From Vicinamibacterales bacterium (GTDB lineage: Bacteria; Acidobacteriota; Vicinamibacteria; Vicinamibacterales; 2-12-FULL-66-21), in the NCBI GenBank assembly GCA_035495955.1, contig DATJFE010000067.1:19972-83971 (forward strand): 64,000 bases of DNA, written 5' to 3'. A program made the position numbers and the translations under genes. Positions 36,073-43,690 of this stretch are shown here, in pieces. The first letter of the stretch is position 1. Every line of letters starts with the position of its first letter. The notes beneath the pieces were generated by a model. The model was not told the DNA's origin. It was given only the letters and a program-made list of their open reading frames with translations, and did not search any database.

Positions 36073-36177
36073 CGGGTGACGGGGGACAGGGGAGGGGTGT
36101 CGGAGGACGACCTCCCCGACGCCCGACCACCCCCAACGCCCGACCTCCGACCCCCGACGCCCGACGCCGACGCCCGT
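36073..36177. repeat. G-rich arm / C-rich arm low-complexity tract filling the whole spacer between two convergent stops
   Basis: gggtgacgggggacaggggaggggtgtcggagg acga cctccccgacgcccgaccacccccaacgcccgacctccgacccccgacgcccgacgccgacgcccg. Canonical G4 motif on + at 36074-36097. Multiple GGG tracts on the minus strand at 36110-36176. Confidence 0.85.
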
Positions 36178-38250
36178 CTATTTCCAGGACAGCGCGGCGA
36201 GCGCTTCCTTCGCCTGTCGCTCGTAGGGGCCGCCGAGTTCCACGTATCTCTCGAAATTCGCGATCGCGCGGCGGCGATCCTCATCGCCGCCGATCCATTT
36301 CTGCGTGAACTGGTCGTAGCGCTGCGATTTGGCGAGGCGCATCTGGTGGGCGCGCGCCAGGTTGAAGTATCCGAGCGCGTCCGCAGGGCCTACCGTCGTC
36401 GCGCGCTCGAAGGATTCGATGGCCGCGTCCAGCGCGCCGCGCCGGACCTGAATCACGCCGATCGCGTCCGACACTTCCGGATCCTGAGGCCAGCGCTGCT
36501 CGGCGTCGCGCAGCGTCTTGATGGCCGTCCCCTCGTCGTGCTGCTGGCCGTACGCGTCCGCGAGCGAAAAGTACACGGGCTCGAACTCCGGGACCGCCCG
36601 GCGAACGCGCTCCCATGCCTCGGCGGCGTCGTGATAGCGCTGGAGAGCGTACCGCGACAGCCCCAGCGCGTAGTGGACCCACGGCCGCGCGTCGGGCGCG
36701 GCCGCCGCGGTTGCCAGCGTGCGCGCCGCCGACTCCACGTCGCCGCGTTGATACGCGCCCCAGCCCGCCACGGCCGCGGGCGAGTCGGTGGCGGAGGGCC
36801 CGGTGGGCGCTAAACGCGCCAACGAGGCGGACGCGGACGCCGGAGAGGGCGCCACCGTGGGTGTTACGCCGCCCACTGGTTCCGTGGGATGCGGTGCTTC
36901 GGGTGCTGCAGGTGCCGGCGGAGCTGGCGCGACGGGTACTGGCGCGACGGATCGTGGTGGAGCATCCGTAGCAGCCGTCGCCCCTTTAGGCCCAGCAGGT
37001 CCCATGGTATCCGTCGTGATTCGCGCTGGCGGCAGCGCTACGTATCCGCGCCGCGCGCGCACTTTGACGCCGGGTCTGGCCACATTGACCGCGATCGTCC
37101 GGTACTTCCCGTCGAAGGCCGCTTTGGCCGGACTGTAGGCAATCAGGTAGTACGTGCCGGCGTCCTGCTGGATTTCGTCGAGCGCCCGCCCGAAATTGTT
37201 TTCGTTGCGAATCGCGAATCCGCCGGTGTCGACGGCGAGGCTGTTGGGGGCGTCCGTCTGCAGGTCGAAGTGCGGCCCGCCGCCGCTTATCGTGCTCTCC
37301 GCGGCCAACTGGTCAATCATGGTCGCCTGGGCGCCCTTGTTGAGCCCGCGCGCGTCGAGTGCGTAAAAGCGCGCTCCCGCGCGGGCGGCCAGGCCGACGG
37401 CCTGACGGACCTGCGATTCGAGCTTCTCGGCCACGAAGCCTTCCGACAGGAAAACGACCGTCTTTTGTCCCGGCAATCGCGCCAGTCCGTTGGCCAGCGC
37501 CCCGACGGTCGTCAGCGTGCTCATCGTATCTCGCTGAATATCGCCGATCAGGCGGTTTGCCTTCTCGCGGACTTCAACGTCAGGGCTCCCCCGTTTGCAG
37601 TAGTCCGGGTCGTCCACGCACGCGCGCGTGACGACGATCTCCATCGTTTCGCGGTCGTTGTCCGCGAGTCGGAATAACTCGCCCTCGTCCTGAATCCGAG
37701 GCCAGTCGCGCGTCAACTCGATCTGCCTGCTGCGCGTGTCGCCCGGCATCTTGACAGCCTGCGCCGCGGCGCGAAGCTCCTCGCGATCCGTGGTCAGACG
37801 GTTGTTGGCCATCTTCCCGTCGACGACGACCCCGCCGATGTCGCCCTGCCGCCAGCGCTCGGCGACGAACTTCACGACGGCTTCGCGCGTCCGCTGGAGG
37901 CCGCCGGCCGAGAGGTGGTTGGAATCGAAGAGGAACAGCCAGACTGCCGGTGCCGCGGAGGCTGCAGGTGCGAGCGGTGCTGCGGGGTGCGCGGCCAAGG
38001 GTGTTTCCGGAGCTGACGGATGCGCGGAAGCCGCCTGCGCGCCGACGAGGACCACGGACTGGATCTTCTGCGGCGCTCCATCTTCGGTCAGCACGAAGTC
38101 GTCCGGCCCGAGATCCATCACGAAGCGGCCGTCCTTGAACACGCGCACGTCGACTTCGACGACATCCGTTCCGGAGCGGAACGTTTGCGGCGGCTGCGGC
38201 GGCGAGGGGGCCTGCGACGCGAGCAGCGCCGCGAACACCAGCGGGATCAC
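36178..38250 (-). CDS. VWFA-related acidobacterial-type (TIGR03436-like) domain protein with C-terminal TPR repeats
   Basis: GTG 38250 overlaps the upstream stop (GTGA). VIPLVFAALLASQ signal. ...TFRSGTDVVEVDVRVFKDGRFVMDLGPDDFVLTEDGAPQKIQSVVLV..., ...WLFLFDSNHLS..., C-terminal TPR ...YALGLSRYALQRYHDAAEAWERV... Confidence 0.8.
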   Translation of the reverse strand: MIPLVFAALLASQAPSPPQPPQTFRSGTDVVEVDVRVFKDGRFVMDLGPDDFVLTEDGAPQKIQSVVLVGAQAASAHPSAPETPLAAHPAAPLAPAASAAPAVWLFLFDSNHLSAGGLQRTREAVVKFVAERWRQGDIGGVVVDGKMANNRLTTDREELRAAAQAVKMPGDTRSRQIELTRDWPRIQDEGELFRLADNDRETMEIVVTRACVDDPDYCKRGSPDVEVREKANRLIGDIQRDTMSTLTTVGALANGLARLPGQKTVVFLSEGFVAEKLESQVRQAVGLAARAGARFYALDARGLNKGAQATMIDQLAAESTISGGGPHFDLQTDAPNSLAVDTGGFAIRNENNFGRALDEIQQDAGTYYLIAYSPAKAAFDGKYRTIAVNVARPGVKVRARRGYVALPPARITTDTMGPAGPKGATAATDAPPRSVAPVPVAPAPPAPAAPEAPHPTEPVGGVTPTVAPSPASASASLARLAPTGPSATDSPAAVAGWGAYQRGDVESAARTLATAAAAPDARPWVHYALGLSRYALQRYHDAAEAWERVRRAVPEFEPVYFSLADAYGQQHDEGTAIKTLRDAEQRWPQDPEVSDAIGVIQVRRGALDAAIESFERATTVGPADALGYFNLARAHQMRLAKSQRYDQFTQKWIGGDEDRRRAIANFERYVELGGPYERQAKEALAALSWK

Positions 38251-39008
38251 TGACGCACGTTGGCGATGAAGAGGTCGTATTTGTTCTTGCCGGCGCGCTG
38301 CAGGAAGGCGATCTTCGTGCCGTCGGCCGACCACGCGGGCAGGAGCACGCTCTTCGTCGCGTCGATCTGCTGCCTCTGGCCCTGCTGATCCATCAGCGCG
38401 AGGTGGCCCGACTGGTTGGTGTAGGCGATCATCCCGAGCCGCTCCGGCGACCAGCCGAACGTGTAGCCGGGCAGGAACTGCTGGTTGATGAATTCGCCGA
38501 CAGTCTCACCCTTCAGCGTGAGCGTGAAGACGTGCAGGTGCTGCGTCTGGCTCGCTTGCGTCGTCGCCTCTTCGACCGTCGAACCGGTCGCACTGGCGGA
38601 CGTGCCTCCCTTCGCGAGAGAGCCGCCCATCGGCGACGCGGTGGCGGTGGCCATCCGCTGGTCCTCCTTGATGTCGATCCCCCACGTCTTCGATCCTGGC
38701 GCGTACTTGTTCGACTTCCACGTCCAGTATCCGCTCTCCCACTCAGGCTTCGCGGAGACCGGCTCGGGCTTGCCATCCGCGGCCGACATCACGAAGTAGC
38801 GCGGATTGGTCACCATGCCGCGCCCGTCGCGATCGGACGTCTGCAGGAAGAGCTTCGTGCCGTCGTCCGACCATGCCAGCTCCGTCGGCTCGCCTTTGAG
38901 CCTGCCGGTATCGATCTCGGCCACCCTGGCCGGCACCTCGACGGTCAGCGTCTTTGCGGACGGCGTCTGCAGGAGACCCGACGCGACGATGAGCAGCGTG
39001 AGCACCAT
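38247..39008 (-). CDS. exported PD40/TolB-like beta-propeller repeat protein
   Basis: 253 aa with signal-like MVLTLLIVASGLLQTPSA and PD40-like segments LAWSDDGTKLFLQTS and PAWSADGTKIAFLQ. GGAGG lies before ATG 39008. Confidence 0.6.
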   Translation of the reverse strand: MVLTLLIVASGLLQTPSAKTLTVEVPARVAEIDTGRLKGEPTELAWSDDGTKLFLQTSDRDGRGMVTNPRYFVMSAADGKPEPVSAKPEWESGYWTWKSNKYAPGSKTWGIDIKEDQRMATATASPMGGSLAKGGTSASATGSTVEEATTQASQTQHLHVFTLTLKGETVGEFINQQFLPGYTFGWSPERLGMIAYTNQSGHLALMDQQGQRQQIDATKSVLLPAWSADGTKIAFLQRAGKNKYDLFIANVRQ

Positions 39009-39017
39009 GGAATCCTC

Positions 39018-41522
39018 CTAGCGGGCTCGCTCGATTTGCGCGAGCTTTGCGTGAAGCTCGGTTGAGTCCGGCAGCGCCTGCAGTCCGGCGCGCACGGCCT
39101 GCACGGCAAGCGCCGGCTGCGCGATCCGCAAGTACGCGTCGGCCAGCGCCAGATGCGCGGGCACCATCTTCGGATCGATCGACGCCGCGGCGCGCCACGC
39201 GCCGATCGCCCGCCGATGATCGCCCTGGCCTTCCCATGCCCAGCCGAGAACGAACGCCACCGAGGCGTTCGTCTGATCGAGGTGCATCGCGGCATCGAGC
39301 TCCGCCGCAGCCCCGGCGTAATCGCTCTGCGCGAATGCCTCGAATCCTTTCGTCGCCCGAACGGCGGCGGGCGCCGTTGAAAGCCTCAGCGATGCCCGCG
39401 CGCCGCGGACGAAATCCCCGTTCAGGATGTCCGACGGCCGGAACGCCGACGGAAGATCGATCGGGGCAGGCGGCGCGGTTCCGGCCGACACGTCCAACTC
39501 GCGCGACACGTCCGCGATTGTCTCGGAGCCGTCCGTGACCTTGACGCGCGCCACATACGCGCCGGGCGGAACCTTTGCGAGTGGAAACGAGAACCTTGCG
39601 CGGCGCATCACGCCCGCGCGCGCATCGACGGTGTCTCCCATCTCCGCACGGACGGTCTCGGTGGGGCCGCCGGCCTCGGCCGGCACGAGCGACGCCGTGG
39701 CGACGAGTCCCTTCAGTTGTTCCGCCGTCCGGCCATAGGCTTCGATCATGCCCGCCAGACCATCGTCTGCGTACGCCCGCGCGCGCACGGGAAGCGCGCC
39801 GTTCATTGAACCAAGAATCAGATCGCTGACCGCCACATCGGGTCCCGACAGCGGGCGCACGTCGAGCTTGCGATCCGCGCTGCCCACGAGGCCACCCGGT
39901 TCGCGCACGACGACGCGCATCAGATACGCGCCGGGCGGCACTTCGAACTGGACCCGAAACGCCGACCGCCCGGTCGCCGCGCCGGCCGCGGCCGCCGCCG
40001 GCAGCGGCATCGTGTCGGTCCCGCTCGACGCGACGCGCCCGTCTCTGGTGTTGCGGACGACGAAGACGACGTCCGCGGATTCGTGCGTCGCGTCCCGCAC
40101 GGGCAGGTCGGCGTCCAGGGAGAGGACGATGCGGGCGAGCGTGGGATTGTCGGAGCGAAGCGCGTACGTCGTGTAATCGACGCGCAGCGCCTGCTGCGCG
40201 AACGGCGCGGCCAGCGCCGCGTCGATTGTTGCGCGGCGATCGAATCCCGCGGCGGCTTTCGGCACGGCATACCCCGTGCGCGCGCTGACGTGCGCGCCCG
40301 CGCGCGTGACCCTGACGGAGACGTGCCGGTACTGGCCCGGAGAGGCGAGCGCCGTACTGCCGGGCGTGAAGCCGACGAGGTAATAGTCCTGCGCCTGATC
40401 GGCGATGCGATCGAGCGCCGCGTCGAGATGGCTGACGGCGTCTGGAATCAGCGCGCCGTCGGTTTCGGCCGCAAGGCTCCCCAGCGGCTCGAGGCGCGCC
40501 TGAATCTCGCTCGAGGTGCTGGTCGAGGACACTTCCGGCTGACTCGCATCGCCCTCGGCCCGGCGATTCAGATCGAAAGCATAGAACACGGCGTAGGTGT
40601 CGGCGGCGGCCGCCTCGACCTGTTCGAGCTCGCGCGTGACGCTCTCCTGGTGGAAGCCTTCCGAAAACAGGACAACGATCTTTCGTCCCTCGATCGCGCG
40701 ATACTGCTCGATCACGTCCGACAGCCGCTGCGTGAAGTCGCGCGATGCGGCGTCGGCCTGCGCGACGATCGTCCGCGCGTTCTCGAGAATCGCGTGCCGC
40801 ACGGCCGCGGGGTCCTCGGCCTGCCGTTCGGCCGCGCGGCTCGTGACGCGCGTCCCCGTCGGATCGGCGGCGCCGCCCACGTCCGCTCCCGCAGCCAGCG
40901 GCTGGCGTGTCATGACGTCGGTTGTGATGCGATCGTTGCCGCCGGCGATCTCGTACGCCTCCTGCAGCGTAAGGTTGCCCACGGCCGTGGTGACGTTGCG
41001 CTCGAGTCCTCCGCGGACTTTGGCGAGCTCCGCGATCGCACGGTTGCGATCCGCCGTGAAGCCGACCGATGGACCGGGTCCGGGGATGCCGACGAGGGCG
41101 ACGCGATCCGACGGCCGCACGCGCGTCCTGATGAAGGTCTCGGCGGCGCGACGCGCGGTCTGTTCGTTGCCGGGGGCGATGTGCGATTGATCGAACACGA
41201 GGAGATAGAGATGGCCCCGCGGCGCGCCGCGATTGCTCGAGACTTCGGCAGACACCGAACGCAGCGCGGCGTCGGCGTAGAGGCCGGCGGGCTCCTCGAT
41301 GTGCTGGAACAGCAGCAGCGGCAGGACGTGTCCGTCCTCGATGACTTGCACCTCGCCAGGGCGCACGTCGGCGATGGGCCGTCCGGAACTGTCGGTCACG
41401 CGGATGTCGAAGCGGACGAGATCCACGCCCGAGTGAAAGACGGGCTGGCCGGTCTGCGCCGCCATCGATACGGACGCGGCGGCTGCCACGATCGTCGCGA
41501 GCGGAAGTGCGCGCACCTTCAA
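39018..41522 (-). CDS. VWFA-related acidobacterial-type (TIGR03436-like) domain protein with C-terminal TPR repeats
   Basis: 834 aa. MKVRALPLATIVAAAASVSMAAQ signal. ...VFHSGVDLVRFDIRVTDSSGRPIADVRPGEVQVIEDGHVLPLLLF..., ...YLLVFDQSHI..., TPR tail. The TTG start at 41522 overlaps the upstream stop (TTGA), so the start is uncertain. Confidence 0.82.
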   Translation of the reverse strand: MKVRALPLATIVAAAASVSMAAQTGQPVFHSGVDLVRFDIRVTDSSGRPIADVRPGEVQVIEDGHVLPLLLFQHIEEPAGLYADAALRSVSAEVSSNRGAPRGHLYLLVFDQSHIAPGNEQTARRAAETFIRTRVRPSDRVALVGIPGPGPSVGFTADRNRAIAELAKVRGGLERNVTTAVGNLTLQEAYEIAGGNDRITTDVMTRQPLAAGADVGGAADPTGTRVTSRAAERQAEDPAAVRHAILENARTIVAQADAASRDFTQRLSDVIEQYRAIEGRKIVVLFSEGFHQESVTRELEQVEAAAADTYAVFYAFDLNRRAEGDASQPEVSSTSTSSEIQARLEPLGSLAAETDGALIPDAVSHLDAALDRIADQAQDYYLVGFTPGSTALASPGQYRHVSVRVTRAGAHVSARTGYAVPKAAAGFDRRATIDAALAAPFAQQALRVDYTTYALRSDNPTLARIVLSLDADLPVRDATHESADVVFVVRNTRDGRVASSGTDTMPLPAAAAAGAATGRSAFRVQFEVPPGAYLMRVVVREPGGLVGSADRKLDVRPLSGPDVAVSDLILGSMNGALPVRARAYADDGLAGMIEAYGRTAEQLKGLVATASLVPAEAGGPTETVRAEMGDTVDARAGVMRRARFSFPLAKVPPGAYVARVKVTDGSETIADVSRELDVSAGTAPPAPIDLPSAFRPSDILNGDFVRGARASLRLSTAPAAVRATKGFEAFAQSDYAGAAAELDAAMHLDQTNASVAFVLGWAWEGQGDHRRAIGAWRAAASIDPKMVPAHLALADAYLRIAQPALAVQAVRAGLQALPDSTELHAKLAQIERAR

Positions 41523-43690
41523 CGAATTTTAACCTGCCGCGCTTTCTCGGGTTCTCCGAACATCGTCCACAGTTGAGCCGCCAGCGCGCGTCCTTCGGGC
41601 GTCGGCGAGGCCCGCAGCAAATCGTCGATCGCCCGCTCGGAATCGGCGTCGCGCCCCATCGCGCGATACAGCATGGCGAGGCCGGCGCGGGCCCGGGTGT
41701 TGTGCGGAAAGAGGCGAATCTCTTCCTGGAAGCAGGGCTCGGCCTCCGGGTAGCGCTCGAGGTGAGCGAGGGAATCGCCGAGGTAATAGTTGAGCTCGTT
41801 GATCTGGATGGTGCGTCCGCGAAGCGCGTCGCGGGCCCGCATGAACGGCCCGAGCGCCTCGGCGTACCTGCCCTGGTTGTAGGCGATCAGCCCCTCGACG
41901 AACAGCGGCATCGGCAGCGTCGGATCCGCCTGCTGGGCGAGGCGGGCTTCGCGCAACGCGGCGTCGGGGTCGTGCCGCGCCAGCGCGATCTTGGCGAGCA
42001 GCTCGTGCGCCGCCGCGGGCGCGACGCTCACGGCGAGCTCCGCATGCTTCTGCGCTTCGTCGAGGCGGCCCAGTCGGAGCAGTCCGCCGCCCGCGCCGAG
42101 CAGGCTGCCCGCGTCCTTCGGATTGCGCTTGATCACTTCCCGGTACGCGCGCACGCCGTCTTCAGTGAGTCCCTGGCGCAGGCAGACTTCCGCGAGCTGG
42201 AGCCACGCGTCCGTCATTTCGGGATCGGCGGCGAGCAACTCGCGATAAAGAACCATCGCATCCGCGAACTTCAGCGCGCCCGCCAGGTCCGACGCGCGAC
42301 GATACTTTTCGAGGACCTGAATTTTGTCCTTCGGATCCGGCAGCGAATCGCCCGGCAGCGACAGCGACGCGCTGCTGCCGGTGCCGACGTAGCCCAGCGC
42401 CGCGAGGCGCTGGCGATCCTGCTCGTCGACGGCCGCCGGCGCCGCGATCGACGTCTTCGCAATCATCGATTCGAGCGCGCCGCGCATCGCCTGGCGGACC
42501 TGGGGCCGATCGGCGCCGATCGACTGCGATTCGGATCGATCGCGCTCCAGGTCGTACAGCTCGTCGCGCGGAGCGCGGATGAAGTGATACCGCGAATCGA
42601 CGAGCCCGTAAAGCTCGCTCCATCCGAAGTGGTACCGCGAATAGAGCGCTTCGGAATAGATGGGCGCATCCTGCAGGGCGCCGGTACCTTCGAGCAGTGG
42701 TCGCAGCGACCGGCCCCGGAGCTCCGTCCGCGCGGGCGCGCCGGCCAGATCGAGGATCGTCGGCGCCAGATCGATGTGCTGCACCGGCGCCGCCACGCGG
42801 CGTCCTCGATGGCGTCCGGGCAGCTTGACGATCAGCGGGACGCGGGTGGTTTCCTGATACAGAAACAAGCCGTGCTCCTGCTCGCCGTGATCGCCGAGAC
42901 CTTCGCCGTGATCCGCGAGCAATACGATCGTCGCGCGATCGTAGAGACCCGCGGATCGCAGGCGATCGAGGAAACGGCCGACCAGCTCGTCGCTGTAGGC
43001 GATCTCGCCGTCGTAGGGGCTGTAGGCGGCGAAGCGGGCCGGCGGCGCGTACGGCTTGTGCGGCTCGTAGAAGTGCAGGAACAGGAAGAACGGCTTCGCG
43101 CGATCGCGCGCGTCGATCCAGGAGATCGCCGCCGCCAGCGTCTTGTCGCCGCCGCGCTGAACCTGGCCGATCGATCGCTCGCCGGACGAAGCCGGCATGT
43201 CGCTGTCGTACGTATCGAATCCCTGATTGATCCCGGTTGCCGCGCGCAGCACGTACGCGGAGACGAACCCGCCGGTCGGCCACCCGCGCTCCTGCAGCGC
43301 GCGCTGGATGAACCATTGGCCCTTCTTGACCGTGAAGCCGACGTTGTCACGGACCCCGTGCTCGAAGGGGAGCTGGCCCGAAAGGAGACTGGTGTGGGCC
43401 GGAAGCGTCTGCGGCGCGTGCGACCAGGCGTGCTCGAACACGACGCCTTCGGCCGCCAGGGTATCGATGTTCGGTGTCCGGACTTTCGTATATCCGTACG
43501 CCGGAAGATGATCGGCGCGGAGCGTATCGATCGAGATCAGGACGATCGGTCCCGGCGCCGGCGGCCGCGTTGCCCGCCAGAGCGCCCAGGCCACGCCCAG
43601 AACGATGACCAGCGTGATGGCGATCCATGCAGCGCGCCTCGCCCCTCGCGCCTCGCGTCTCGGACCTCGCGGCTCGCGCCTCGCGCTCAT
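41519..43690 (-). CDS. sulfatase-like (alkaline phosphatase superfamily) hydrolase/transferase with N-terminal membrane anchor and C-terminal TPR domain
   Basis: ...IVLISIDTLRADHLPAYGY...NIDTLAAEGVVFEHAWSHAPQTLPAHTSLLSG... (Thr where Cys-type sulfatases have Cys), ...LLADHGEGLGDHGE..., then about 300 aa of TPR. ATG 43690 overlaps the upstream stop (ATGA). Confidence 0.85.
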   Translation of the reverse strand: MSARREPRGPRREARGARRAAWIAITLVIVLGVAWALWRATRPPAPGPIVLISIDTLRADHLPAYGYTKVRTPNIDTLAAEGVVFEHAWSHAPQTLPAHTSLLSGQLPFEHGVRDNVGFTVKKGQWFIQRALQERGWPTGGFVSAYVLRAATGINQGFDTYDSDMPASSGERSIGQVQRGGDKTLAAAISWIDARDRAKPFFLFLHFYEPHKPYAPPARFAAYSPYDGEIAYSDELVGRFLDRLRSAGLYDRATIVLLADHGEGLGDHGEQEHGLFLYQETTRVPLIVKLPGRHRGRRVAAPVQHIDLAPTILDLAGAPARTELRGRSLRPLLEGTGALQDAPIYSEALYSRYHFGWSELYGLVDSRYHFIRAPRDELYDLERDRSESQSIGADRPQVRQAMRGALESMIAKTSIAAPAAVDEQDRQRLAALGYVGTGSSASLSLPGDSLPDPKDKIQVLEKYRRASDLAGALKFADAMVLYRELLAADPEMTDAWLQLAEVCLRQGLTEDGVRAYREVIKRNPKDAGSLLGAGGGLLRLGRLDEAQKHAELAVSVAPAAAHELLAKIALARHDPDAALREARLAQQADPTLPMPLFVEGLIAYNQGRYAEALGPFMRARDALRGRTIQINELNYYLGDSLAHLERYPEAEPCFQEEIRLFPHNTRARAGLAMLYRAMGRDADSERAIDDLLRASPTPEGRALAAQLWTMFGEPEKARQVKIR
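43632..43687. repeat. cctcgcg-type short tandem repeat forming the first ~19 codons of the sulfatase-like gene
   Basis: gcgcgcctcgcccctcgcgcctcgcgtctcggacctcgcggctcgcgcctcgcgctc. On the minus strand it encodes MSARREPRGPRREARGARRA. Confidence 0.75.
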
